Shown here in pieces: positions 51,201 through 63,717 of a stretch of DNA of 64,000 bases. The translations under genes and the position numbers were made by a program. Each line of letters begins with the position of its first letter. Positions within the stretch are counted from its first letter, which is position 1. The DNA comes from Mobula hypostoma. Lineage: Eukaryota. The stretch lies in NCBI RefSeq assembly GCF_963921235.1, contig NC_086097.1, positions 234,052,001 to 234,116,000 of the forward strand, written 5' to 3'. Under the pieces are notes generated by a model. It made no database searches. It was given only the letters and a program-made list of their open reading frames with translations, and was not told the origin of the DNA.

Positions 51201-52664
51201 CCTCTGATGAATAACCAACACACCTGTCATTCTCTCCATTATTACAACCTAACCCATCAGGCATGTTTTGCAACCCTGCTGCTCGCAACCTTTTAAATTA
51301 TTATTTAGAGATACAGCACTTTAACAAGCCCAACAAGCCTCTGCCACCCAATTACACCATTATGAACCCTTACATTTTTGAAATGCGGGAAGGACCTGGA
51401 ACACCAAGTGGTCACTGGAAGAACATACAAACTCTTTACCAACATTGGCGGAATTGAACCCGTACCGCTGACACGTTACGTTAACTGTGATGCTACCCTG
51501 CCACAAAGGTTTATTTTCCCTTCCTTGGTTTTACGTTGGTTTTACATTGCTAGGTTTATATCCACTGTCTGCAATTGTCCCAATTAACCCATGATTTCAT
51601 TTGCCGTTCATTCTCTCCACAACCCAGGCTCACCCTATTTCCTCCGCCCTATCTATCTCACCCCTTCCTCCCTACAACTTAAAGAAATATAATACAAACA
51701 AGAGAAAATCTGCAGAAGCTGGAATCCAAGCAACATACACAAAATGCTGAAGGAACTCAGCAGGCCAGGCAGCACCTATGGAAAAGAGTACAGTCAACAT
51801 ATTGGGCCGAGACACTTCATCAGTCCTGTTCTGGGCGATGGTGTTCCTTAATGATGGACGCCACCTTTCTGAGACACCGCTCATTGAAAATGTCTTGGGT
51901 ACTATGAGGGCTGGTACCCAAGATGGAGCTGATTAATTTTACAACTTTCTGTAGCTTCTTTCAGTCGTGTGCAGTAGCCACCCCCCACTCCCCTGTGATG
52001 CAGCCTGTCAGAATACTCTCTATGGTACATCTATAGAAGTTTTCAAGTGCTTTAAGTGACAAACCAAATCTCTTCAAACTCTTAATGAAACGTAGCCACT
52101 GTCTTGCCTTCTATATAGCTGCATCGATATGCTGGGACCAGGCTAGATCCTCAGAGATACTGACACCCAAGTGATTTAAAATTAATTACAAAGTATTTAC
52201 AATTTTTCAAGAGGGAGGGTTAAGTGCTTTTTGTCATCTGCAACCTCGTCTGAAAGAGGAAATTTGACCTTTAATACTGCCAACAGCAGCTCTGTCACAT
52301 CATTAATCAATTGTGTCAATTAATTAAGATAATTAAGAAAGAGAGTTCATGGTTGGTTAGTGTCCAACAATGTCAGCTCATTTATGCATAACGTCCGGTA
52401 TATTCTGGTTAACTGCCATCAATGAAATATCGAAGCCAATGAGTACAACCACGCTCTCTTTCTCTGAGCAAGCTGTGTTTACTGTGGCATATGCCATTGG
52501 GGAGTTGTTTTGTATATTCCATGAGTTCCAGTGTCTCAGTACTCCCTGCTTTTGCTGTTGTTGACAATGTTCCCTCTGAGCTATCCAGGTTCCCGGCCAC
52601 ACAGTAACTGAAATGGTCCCACACACATAGCCGTTGTGCCAAGCAGCTGGAGTTTTCTTTCATA

Positions 52665-53088
52665 CAGTGGTGCAGTGCTAACCGGAGCGCGTCTGGCACA
52701 TCTTTAAGAAAAGAGCTGAAATAAACAAGCTAATTAATTAGGTGCCACCCAGGGTGATTTGAGTATCTCAGAAACTGCTGATCTCCTGGGATTTTTAGGC
52801 ACAACAGACTCTGGAGTTTACAAAGAATGGTGCCAAGAACAAAAAAAAATCCAGCGAGTGGCTGTTCTGTGAGCAAAAACATCTTGTTAAATCTGCTCGC
52901 TGGACTTTTTTTGTTTTTGGCACCATTCTTTGTGAACTCCAGAGTCTGTTGTGCGCAAAATTCCCAGGAGATCAGCAGTTCCTAAGACACTCAAATCATC
53001 CTGGGTGGCACCTAATTAATTAGCTTGTTTATTTCGGCTTTTTTCTTAAAAATATTCCGGATGCGCTCCAGCTAGCACTGCAGCACTG
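52665..53088. mobile_element. Fold-back Tc1/mariner-type MITE
   Basis: Inverted arms 52665-52858 and 52896-53088. Termini TA|CAGTG...CACTG|CA. Confidence 0.85.
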
Positions 53089-54709
53089 CATTCATATAAT
53101 GTTCATTTAATTTTTAAATTAAGCTAATATACTTTTGAAATCTATGTTAATATAATTGTCAAATACCCTGTAATTAATTATGCATAAATTGATATAATCC
53201 ATAATTTTCTAAATGATAAACGTACCACAACATTTATTTTGAAACATTTAGAAGCTTCAACATACTTACATTATCAGTTTCAAGTTACAAATTATAACAA
53301 AAAACACAGAATGGGAATTGCTAGCTCATTGTTAATAAACTTGTAGACCGTGGAATGCCAACGCCATCTAGTAAAAATATTTTACTTCTTCCATTGTACC
53401 TGGCTGTTGTTTTGACTACCTGACATCGCCAACTTGTGTTGTGAGTTGTGTTTTGTGTTTATTCAATGTGCCATACATGATTTAAAGATACATTTAAAGT
53501 GCAGGCTATGTAAAATTCCTGCGCAGAACAATGGTCAGACGGCACAGCCGGAAAAAAAAATAGAAGGAATGTTGGTTGTTGATGATACATTTCCTCAGTA
53601 CTTATGTCTAAAATTGCATTTATAAGGGGCTGAGTTTAAAATTAAACCAGGTATCAAGAGAACATCAGTGCCCAGAAATTGTGTGACTGATTAATTTGTA
53701 CTGGTTTCACTATCATTCCCAAAGAAGATCACCTAATAAGTGATGGGAATGCCCAGATAGATCAAGGTGGATCCCAATTAGTCTTTTGATAAGCCATAAG
53801 GTATAATATGCAAAATGCAGGTTTTAATCATCTAGATTACAGAACAATAATGGAAAGAACCATAATAGCAGGCTTAAAACATTGATTTTAGAAGAATGAA
53901 GGAGGATAACTTGATAGAGGTGTACAAGATGATAAGAGGCATAGGTTGATTTGATAGCTAGATAGATAGAGACACATTCCCAGGGCGGAAATGGCTAATA
54001 TGATAAGGGTTGGGTTTTTACATAGAGAGTGGAAGGAGTGGTTGTAGAGGCAGATACGTTAAAGATATTTGAAAGACTCTTGGAGAGGCACATAGATGAA
54101 AGAATAATGAAGGGTTATGGAAGGGTTAGATTGAGAAATACAAAATGAACTGCTGTCCTGGAGGACAGGCGAGTTGAAATAGCAGAACTGAGGCGAGGCA
54201 GAATCAAAGCAGTGGGGCTCAGGCCCCAGAGAGAGGAAAAGGCAGAGGTTTGACCGACGTAAGTGACGGGCCAAATTGGAAAGGTTGGGTATGGGCCGAA
54301 TCAAGGCAGTGAGTCCTTGGCCCAAGAGCATATTGAAGCGGAAGGACCTGGGTCCTGGAGCAGGATCGACCTGCTGTTTTGGCTAATTTAAGTACCGGGC
54401 CAGATTGAAAAAGTCAGTGTGTTGATGTGGAGGCGAGGGATGGGCTGGTGTTCAGCTTCACGAGGTTTAGTTGTATTTGCGCTGAACTGAGGCTGGGCCT
54501 GTAACTAACAAGCTCGTGGATCAGCTGCGGCGATGACTTGCCTCATGGCTTTAGACACTGAATGTTATTTGCTTACTTTTATTATTTGCATGACTTATTA
54601 TTTTCTGCACATTGGGAGTTTGATAGTAATTTTTTTGAAAGGGTTCTATTGGGTTTCTTTGTTTTGAGGCTGCTTATAAGGAGACAACTCTCAAGGTTGT
54701 ATTCAGTAT

Positions 54710-54962
54710 ACAGACTCATTCCACTGAGATGCAGCACAGAGCGTCATAGGAAGTCATTCCTGCCTGTGGCCATCAAACTTTACAACTCCTCCCTTGGAGG
54801 TTCAGACACCCTGAGCCAATAGGCTGCTCCTGGACTAAATTACATACTACTATTTAACTATTTATGGTTCTATTACTATTTATTATTTATAGTGCAACTG
54901 TAACGAAAACCAATTTCCCCCAGGATCAAAAAGTATAACTATGACTATGATTATGACAATGA
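54710..54962 (+). mobile_element. Rex1-type 3' end inserted in another repeat (~54150-54995)
   Basis: RLIPLRCSTERHRKSFLPVAIKLYN and a (TATGAC)n tail. Confidence 0.75.
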
Positions 54963-55456
54963 CATACTTCAATTAAAAAAAAGTACTTTGAACTTTTTAA
55001 ATTTGAACATTACCTCCTTCCTGATGGTAGTAATGGGAAGAGCAAATGTCCTGGATGGAGAAGATCCTAACTGATTTCTTCACTAACTTCCTCTGTAGGT
55101 TCTTAAACCTGTCATCTCTGTAAATTTCAATGTTCCCTAGTCCTTACTATTGCATATTGATAATGGAAGTAGAACACAGAAGAGTACAGCACTCTTCCGG
55201 CTCACAATGTTGTGCCGAACCAGCTAAATAGTAAATCAAAAGTATGCAAACACTAATCTTTCCTACCTATAACATGTCCACATCCCTCCATCTTCCTTAC
55301 ATCCATGTGCCTATCCAAACACCTCTTAAAGCCTCTGATGTATTTGCCTCTGCCACCATACCAGGCAGTGGATTCCAGAAATCCACCAGTCTCTGAGTAG
55401 AAGCTTACCCCTCACAACCCCTTTGTACCTACCCATCCCATCTCACCTTCAACATA

Positions 55457-56047
55457 TGAGGGGTGATTGATAAGTTTGTGGTCTAAGGTCGAAGGAGTCA
55501 ATTTTAGAAAACATAGCACATTTATTTTTCAACATAGTCCCCTCCTACATTTACACACTTAGTCCAGCGGTCGTGGAGCATACGGATCTTGGACCTCCAG
55601 AAAGTGGCCACAGCAGGGGTGATTGATAACTTTGTGGCCTAAGAAGGAGATGAGTTATAGAGCTGTCATTACATGCACATGCAGGTCAACTCTATGGCTG
55701 ATTATGCAGAAAGTTTGAAGTTAATAACTCATCGGGATGATTGATAAGTTTGTGGCCTAAAGTAGAAGGAGATTAGTTACTAACTTCAAACTTTCTGCAT
55801 AATCACTCAAAGAGTTGAACAGCGTATGCATGTTACGAGAGCCGTATAACTCATCTCCTTCTACCCTAGGCCACAAAGTTATCAATCACCCCAGCTGTGG
55901 ACACTTTCTGGAGGTCCAAGATCCGTATGCTCCACGACCGCTGGACTAAGTGTGTAAATGTAGGAGGGGACTACATTGAAAAATAAACTAGGTTTTCTAA
56001 AATTGACTCCTTCTACCTTAGGCCACAAACTTGTCAATCACCCATCA
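55457..56047. mobile_element. Palindromic mariner-type MITE
   Basis: TA TSD (55455-56, 56048-49). TIR TGAGGGGTGATTGATAAGTTTGTGG. Almost the whole element is an inverted repeat. Confidence 0.9.
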
Positions 56048-56489
56048 TATGTCCTCTGGTATTAGACAGTAGATATTTCAAACCTGGGAAACAGTTACTC
56101 CCTATCTATTCTATCCATGCCTCTCATATTCTTATAAACCTCATTCAGATTTCCCGTCATTCTCTGTTGCTCTTGAGAACAACCATGCCCTACTCTCATC
56201 AATCTCTCTTGTCACCTTGTCAAAAAGCTCAATCAAGTTGGTAAGACATGACCAGCCCTGCACAAAGCACTCCCTAATTAAGTCATTGGTTTCTAATGCC
56301 CAAATATCTTATCCATAAGAATTTTCTCCAGCAATTACGCGACAACTGACATGAAACTCACCAGTCTAAGTTCCCAGGATTTTCCTTTGTTCTCTTCTTA
56401 AATAGCGGTACCTTAGCCACATGCCAGTCCTCCAGGACTTCACCTGTGTGGAGAGAGCACACAACGATATTGGTCAAGGCACCAATAAT

Positions 56490-57164
56490 GGAGGAGGAGG
56501 AGAAGATGGCAGCGCGATGTAGCTTGCGCGGCCACTCCAGTGGATGATATCTGTAATCTGTCAAGTAGGGTGCCGTGCAGAATCCTGATTTGCTGGAGAC
56601 AGACATGAGAGAATGGAGGAAAATCTGGAGAAACTTCTGAAATGCCTCTTTTGCTGCCGCTATTACTGTGTGATCCAGAATCTCCGGAGGGGAAGGCCCC
56701 AACCTCAGCTTTGCTTGTTGCTTGGCGGCCTGGACGGGGTCGAAGCACTCGGCAGAGATGGTGCTTGGTGTCAAAGGGCTGGTCGGAGGCTCGAAGTTTT
56801 CGGATGGACTCAGAGTCGACTGTGGTCGGGTACTTCCAATGCATCGACAGTTGTTGGTGCCTGGAGGTTTATGGCAGAGAGAATTTCTCCCTTCTGCCGC
56901 CTGCTATCAGGGACTATCGGGAGTCGATTGGAACTTTGAGACTTTTTTTTACTGTTCCCATAGTCTGCTCTTTATCAAATTATGGTATTGTTTTGCACTG
57001 CTGTAACTATATGTTGTAATTATGTGGCCTTGTCAGTGTTAGTCTTTGGTTTGTCCTGTTTTTTTTTGTGATATCACTCTGGAGGAACATTGTATCATTG
57101 CTTAATGCATGCATGCATTTCTAAATGACAATAAACGAGGACTGAGTGCCCTCATAATCTAATC
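56490..57164 (+). mobile_element. Non-autonomous retroposon family A copy 4
   Basis: GGAGAAGATGGCAGC start and CATAATCTAATCT end. It interrupts CR1. Confidence 0.85.
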
Positions 57165-57716
57165 TCATCGTTTGCCTCCTTCATTAACCTGGGGTAAATC
57201 CCATCAGGCCCTGGGGACATCCACCTTAATACACTTTTCAAGGCCCAACATATCCTCCACTTTGACCTTTAAATGCCCTAACATATATATACTCAGCGCT
57301 GATCTCCTTGTCCTCCATTTTGTTTTCCTTGGTAAATACTGAAGCAAAGTACTCATTAAATATTTCACTCACATTCTCCACATCCAAGCAAATGTTCCCC
57401 TCTTTATCCTTGAGTGATTCTACCCTCTCTGTAGTTATCCTCTTATTCTTGATGTATGTATAGAATGCCTTGGGGTTCACCTTAATCCTACTTACCAAGA
57501 ACTTTTCATGGCCTCTCTTGGCTTTCCTAATTCCCTTCTTTAGTTCTTTTCTGGTTTATTTAAACTCTTTGTGTGTTTTGTTTGATCCTGAATTCCAAAG
57601 CTTTACATTCACTTCCTTTTTCTTCTTGACTTAATTCATCACCTCTCTGGTCAACCAAACCTCTTAGCTTTCCATCCCTGTCCTTCCTTCTAACAGGACT
57701 CTGTGCAACTGACCTT

Positions 57717-58535
57717 CAAAGGTCAAGTTTAATGTCAGAGAAATGTATACAATATACATCCTGAAATGCTTTTTCTTCGCAAAACATCCACAAAAACAGA
57801 GGTGCCCCAAAGAATGCGTGACAGTTAAATGTGAGAACCCCAAAGTCCTCCCCCAGTTACCCCCTCCTGCACATAAGCGGCAGCGTGCAACAATCCCCCC
57901 TCCCCCCACCAGAAAAAATAAACGCGCATTGGTACAATCACCAAGCCCAAGCATGTGCTAAACAATAGCAAAGACACAGACCAAAGTTACCCCAAAAGCT
58001 TCGTATTTTATCCAACTTCGATAACCCACAGGTTTTCTCTCTCTCCCTGGCAAGGGAGAGGGATATATCCCCCATTTTCACAGCTGGCAGGAGACATAAC
58101 TACAACCCACTGGTTTACGATCTTAAAAGTCCGTTTCACCGCTCTTTTTCTAGCTCTGTGTCTGAAGATCGCAAAGACTTCTGGTCTTCGGGCCCACAGC
58201 AAAAGATTTTCCAGCCTCCCTGACGACACACAAGTCTCTGGCTGTGACACCGACACTCGATCCGCCCGTCTCCAGAGCCCTGAGATCTTCCAAACACGAT
58301 CGAGATTCTCAGGCCGAACCCTTGGCATGTCGAATAATGATCAGTCATGGATCCCCGAGAGCGGGTCCCATTTCCACAAAGAACCGAAGCCTGCGTGTAA
58401 CTCCAGGTCAGGGTCTTCAAAAGAACCCTGAAAGGGGAAACTAAAGATATTAAAAGTGGAAACAGAGCTGTTTCCAAAGATGCAAGCAAAGGAGTTGCCG
58501 TTAGGTGCCATTAACCCTCCTAAGTTCCACCCAAA
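57717..58535 (-). mobile_element. Unclassified ~0.8-kb non-coding retroposon-like insertion
   Basis: Interrupts CR1 with TSD GACCTT (57711-57716, 58536-58541). The 3' end (minus) ATTAAACTTGACCTTTG resembles the LINE tails in this window. Confidence 0.7.
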
Positions 58536-58699
58536 GACCTTTAAACATGCTCTACATGCCCAATGTTCACTTGCCAGAGAAAACGTATTCCCAATTAACA
58601 CTAACAACAGGAATTCTGCAGATGCTGGAAATTCAAGTAACACACATCAAAGTTGCTGGTGAACGCAGCAGGCCAGGCTGCATTTGTAGGAAGAGGTGC

Positions 58700-58735
58700 A
58701 GTCGACGTTTCAGGCCGAGACCCTTCATCAGGACT
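58700..58735 (-). ncRNA. Minimal type I hammerhead ribozyme motif (PLE pLTR)
   Basis: AGUC-CUGAUGA-AGG(gucucgg)CCU-GAAA-C-GUC|GACU. Confidence 0.85.
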
Positions 58736-60707
58736 AACTGAAGGAAGAGTGAGTAAGGGATTTGAAAGTTGGAGGGGGAGGGGGAGATCCAAAATGATAG
58801 GGGAAGACAGGAGGGGGAGGGATAGAGCCAAGAGCTGGACAGGTGATAGGCAAAAGGGGATACGAGAAGATCATGGGACAGGAGGTCCGGGAAGAAAGAC
58901 AAGGGAGGGGGGGACCCAGAGGATGGGCAAGAGGTATATTCAGAGGGACAGAGGGAGAAAAAGGAGAGTGAGAGAAAGAATGTGTGCATAAAAATAAGTA
59001 ACAGATGGGGTATGAGGGGGAGGTGGGGCCTTAGCGGAAGTTAGAGAAGTCGATGTTCATGCCATCAGGTTGGAGGCTACCCAGACGGAATATAAGGTGT
59101 TGTTCCTCCAACCTGAGTGTGGCTTCATCTTTACAGTAGAGGAGTCCGTGGATAGACATGTCAGAATGGGAATGGGATGTGGAATTAAAATGTTTGGCCA
59201 CAGGGAGATCCTGTTTTCTCTGGCGGACAGAGCGTAGATGTTCAGCAAAGCGGTCTCCCAGTCTGCGTCGGGTCTCGCCAATATATAAAAGGCCACATCG
59301 GGAGCACCGGACGCAGTATATCACCCCAGCCGACTCACAGGTGAAGTGTTGCCTCACCTGGAAGGACTGTTTGGGGCCCTGAATGGTGGTAAGGGAGGAA
59401 GTGTAAGGGCATGTGTAGCACTTGTTCCGCTTACATGGATAAGTGCCAGGAGGGAGATCAGTGGGGAGGGATGGGGGGGACGAATGGACAAGGGAGTTGC
59501 GTAGGAAGCGATCCCTGCGGAATGCAGAGGGGGGGGAGGGAAAGATGTGCTTAGTGGTGGGATCCCGTTGGAGGTGGCGCAGAAACGCCATCCCCTTCTC
59601 GCAATTCCTCCGTCTCCGCTGCATCTGCTCTCAGGATGAGGCTTTTCATTCTAGAACGAGGGAGATGTCTTCCTTTTTTAAAGAAAGGGGTTTCCCTTCC
59701 TCCACTATCAACTCTGCTCTTAAACGCATCTCCCCCATTTCACGTACATCTGCTCTCACTCCATCCTCCCGCCACCCCACTAGGAATAGGGTTCCCTTGG
59801 TCCTCACCTACCACCCCACCAGCCTCCGGGTCCAACATATTATTCTCCGTAACTTCTGCCACCTCCAACGGGATCCCACCACTAAGCACATCTTTCCCTC
59901 CCCCCCCCCCGCATTCCGCAGGGATCGCTCCCTACGCAACTCCCTTGTCCATTCGTCCCCCCCCATCCCTCCCCACAGATCTCCCTCCTGGCACTTATCC
60001 ATGTAAGCGGAACAAGTGCTACACATGCCCTTACACTTCCTCCCTTACCACCATTCAGGGCCCCAAACAGTCCTTCCAGGTGAGGCAACACTTCACCTGT
60101 GAGTTGGCTGGGGTGATATACTGCGTCCAGTGCTCCCGATGTGGCCTTGTATATATTGGCGAGACCCGACGCAGACTGGGAGACCGCTTTGCTGAACATC
60201 TACGCTCTGTCCACCAGAGAAAGCAGGATCTCCCAGTGGCCACACATTTTAATTCCACATCCCATTCCCATTCTGACATGTCTATCCACGGCCTCCTCTA
60301 CTGTAAGGATGAAGCCACACTCAGGTTGGAGGAACAACACCTTATATTCTGTCTGGGTAGCCCCCAACCTGATGGCATGAACATCGACTTCTCTAACTTC
60401 CGCTAAGGCCCCACCTCCCCCTCATACCCCATCTGTTACTTATTTTTATACACACATTCTTTCTCTCACTCTCCTTTTTCTCCCTCTGTCCCTCTGAATA
60501 TACCTCTTGCCCAGCCTCTGGGTCCCCCCCCGCCCCATGTCTTTCTTTCTTCCCGGACCTCCTGTCCCATGATCCTCTCGTATCCCCTTTTGCCAATCAC
60601 CTGTCCAGCTCTCGGCTCTATCCCTCCCCCTCCTGTCTTCTCCTATCATTTTGGATCTCCCCCTCCCCCTCCAACTTTCAAATATCTTACTCACTCTTCC
60701 TTCAGTT

Positions 60708-60743
60708 AGTCCTGACGAAGGGTCTCAGCCTGAAACGTCGACT
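60708..60743 (+). ncRNA. Minimal type I hammerhead ribozyme motif (PLE pLTR)
   Basis: AGUC-CUGACGA-AGG(gucucag)CCU-GAAA-C-GUC|GACU. Confidence 0.85.
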
Positions 60744-63717
60744 GCACCTCTTCCTACAGATGCTGCCTGGCCTGCTGCGTTCACCAGCAACTTTGATGTG
60801 TGTTGTCCCAATTAACACTGCTTAGTTTCTGCCAAATGCCCTCATAATTTGCCATACTCCAATTTAAAACTCTCCTGCAAGGACCATACCTATCCTTATA
60901 TCTATCTGTCCTGAAAGTTAAGGAATTGTGGTCACTGTTCCCTGACTGATTACTCACTGAGCAGTCAGCCACCCGGCTGGGCTTATTACTCAACACCAGG
61001 TCCAGTACAGCCCTTCCTCTCATTGGACCATCCTCATATTAATTTATGAAACCCTCCTGGAAACACTTAACAAATTCTGCCCCATCTCAACCCCATGCAC
61101 TTTATATTTGGGAAGTTGAAATCACGCATGAAAACAACCCGAGTATTTTTACACAGTCGCTTCATCCGATTACAAACCAGTTCCTCAATTGGGGGCATGG
61201 TCTGCAGTCCAATCCCATCAGTGTGATTGCTCCCTTCCTAATCCTGAGTTCGACCCAGATAGACTCAGTGTCTGAACCCTCCATTATCTCTCCCCTGAGT
61301 GCAACTGTGATATTGTCCCTGATTAGTAATGCAACTCCACAACCTTCCCTTCCTTACCTCCAAAACTTCGAAAAGCTGCGTACTTTAACCCCAACTCCTG
61401 ATCTGAATTACCCATGTGCTGGCTAGTAGGAGATTAATGGAAGTGTGACATAATGAAGTGCAGAGATATTCACAGTAGTCTGAGAATGTTTGCTCCAAGC
61501 CTTCATGAAAGTTATGACAGGACAGTGTCAAAATCCCCAAAAGTCCTTCTGATCTAACATAGCACAGGTTAAAAAAAAGCTTTACATACGCTGAAAACCA
61601 TGCATAATAACAGAAAATGCTGAAGATACTCAGCAGGCTAGACAGCGGCTGTGAAGTGAAAATCAGTGTGTTAATTCTTTAGGTTAATCATTTTCATCAT
61701 GACTATAACAATAGCTACATACAGCTTCAAATGTCACTCTAAAGATAGATTACAAAATTATATCTCGGCTTTTCAGATTAACAGTTTCCCGCCATTCCCG
61801 TAAAGGCTCGGTGCCTGTCAGTTTAGCTCTGCCAGCTTTTATATAAAACTGATTGACATAAAAGGAAAACCATAATCGGAATATTTTATGAGCGTACTGT
61901 AAAATTGCCGAGAAGAAACCAGTACCTAGAGTGCCTCAGTGATGCACTTGGGAACATAACGAAGAATGATGGTGGAAAAGAAGCTGAGTAGAAAGCCCAA
62001 GTGTAAAATGTTCTGTGCTTGATGAGCAAATATGTAATGCACAAGAAATGTTCCTGGTAAGCACTAATTATCAACTCCTGTATAGTCAGTGAAAACAAGT
62101 ACATTCTACTCTATTTGTTGAGAAGTTCAAAGTTCAGAGTAAGATTATATATGTCACCATATACAACCCTGAGATTAATTTTCTTGCCGGCATATTCAAT
62201 AAATCCATAATAGAATAATAAGCGTAACGGAGTCAATAAAAGACTGCACCAACTCGGTGTTCAAAAGACAACAAATTGTGCAAGTGCAAAAAGAAAGAAA
62301 TAATAAATAAATAAAGAAATAAATAAGCGGGAAGTACCGAGTACATGAGACGAAGAGTCCTTGAAAGTGAGTCAATAGGTTGTGGGAACATTTCAAAGAT
62401 GGGGCAAGTGATGTTGAGTAAAGTTATGCCCTCCAGTTGAACAGCCTGATGGCTGAGAAGTAATAACTGTTCCTGAAGGGTGGTGGTGGGAGTCCTGAGA
62501 CTCACACCAACTGCATGGCCTTGTCTTTTTTTCAGAATAAACTGATTGGAAGTCGTTGATTGGAGATCAATGTGAATCATGTTGAGATCAATTTCTGGGC
62601 CAAATCATGTTCTCTGGGAAAGGTGTCAGAGGATTTCCTGATCTGAGACATGCTCTCTTCTCCAGTGTACTTTTGGCATCACGGTCTCAGATGATAATAT
62701 CCTTCCTTATGAATTTCTAAGTTTAGGCCATGTGCTCTAAGGCAGTCCACCTTTGGGGACTTCCAGAATAACTCCAGCATCATTCTGGTTGCTGGAGTAA
62801 ATAAATACTCAACCATGTCCACAGGCCACAAAACCCATTTCTGTGCTGTCTACTCAGTCTATGCCTCTTACCATCTTGATAGCTGCATACAAGATGACAA
62901 GAGGCTAGTGCGAATAGAAAACCTGAAGTGACAATAATAGAAAGCTGAAAGAGATAGAATTAAGAATATGAGAACATGGCAGCACCACCAGTAAAGAGGT
63001 GTGAAAAAATCTGAGGCTGTTCTCAATTCTGAAAACTGAGGTTTTAGACCATAAGGCCTCGAAGCAGAATGAGGCTATTTGGCCTATCAAAAGCCTGCTC
63101 CGTCATTCCATCATGGCTGATTTATTATCCCTCTCAACCCCCATTCTCCTAATTTCTACCCGCAAACTTTAACGCAATTAGGAACCTCCGCCTTAAGTAC
63201 CGTGTATCCAATGACTTGGCCTGTACCACCGTCTGTGGCAAAGAATTCCACAGATTCGCTAAGGATGCACCTTCTCTGAGAAGCATTGACTTGGTGGCAG
63301 GCATTGGTGACAAGACCATGATCCTTCCTGAAACAAAGCACCAAGCAGATGGGCCGGTCCCTTTGGAGTACACAGGAATTTCTAGGCAGCTAAATGTTAC
63401 TAAAAGATCCATATGGCATTGGCTGGATAAATTAAACCAAATGACAGGGCTCATTTGCAATAATTGCATAAAAAAATTAAAATATTATTGAAAGTACAAT
63501 GTCACAGTAAGAAGTGTGACTGCACAGTGATACTGATGCTGGGAATGAATGTGAATATATTTAACTGAATTAACAGCGACACATAAAATCTGTCTGATTT
63601 GGTTGCTGTTCGCTACAGGTAGAATAATTTAAGCAGTTCATGTTTTCAGAGTGAGAATCTGTGAGCAACCTCACCAGTGCTGAATGCATAGAGTTTAACC
63701 AAAGACAGGAGGATCTG

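Larger units (their letters stand above)
58603..60805. mobile_element. Penelope-like element with inverted pLTR arms encoding a GIY-YIG endonuclease C-terminus
   Basis: Arms ~58637-59578 (-) and ~59858-60805 (+). VIYCVRCSRCGLLYIGETRRRLGDRFAEH is present in both. 14-bp TSD TCCCAATTAACACT (58589-58602, 60806-60819). Confidence 0.95.
55168..61345 (-). mobile_element. Degenerate CR1 scaffold carrying four nested insertions
   Basis: 3' tail at ~55170. ORF2 pieces at 57238..57498 (IKVNPKAFYTYIK, NEYFASVFT) and 60781..61023 (VLDLVL, NSDH). Continuity is restored when the inserts are removed. Confidence 0.8.

Noticed and set aside
52378..52699. Two overlapping minus-strand ORFs in unique-looking sequence
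   Set aside because: No recognisable domain or convincing splice pair, and one begins inside a MITE.
55457..56047. Repeated ~26-bp motif resembling a CRISPR-like array
   Set aside because: Repeats occur in both orientations inside a TA-flanked palindromic MITE, and the spacers mirror each other. Eukaryotic context with no cas genes.
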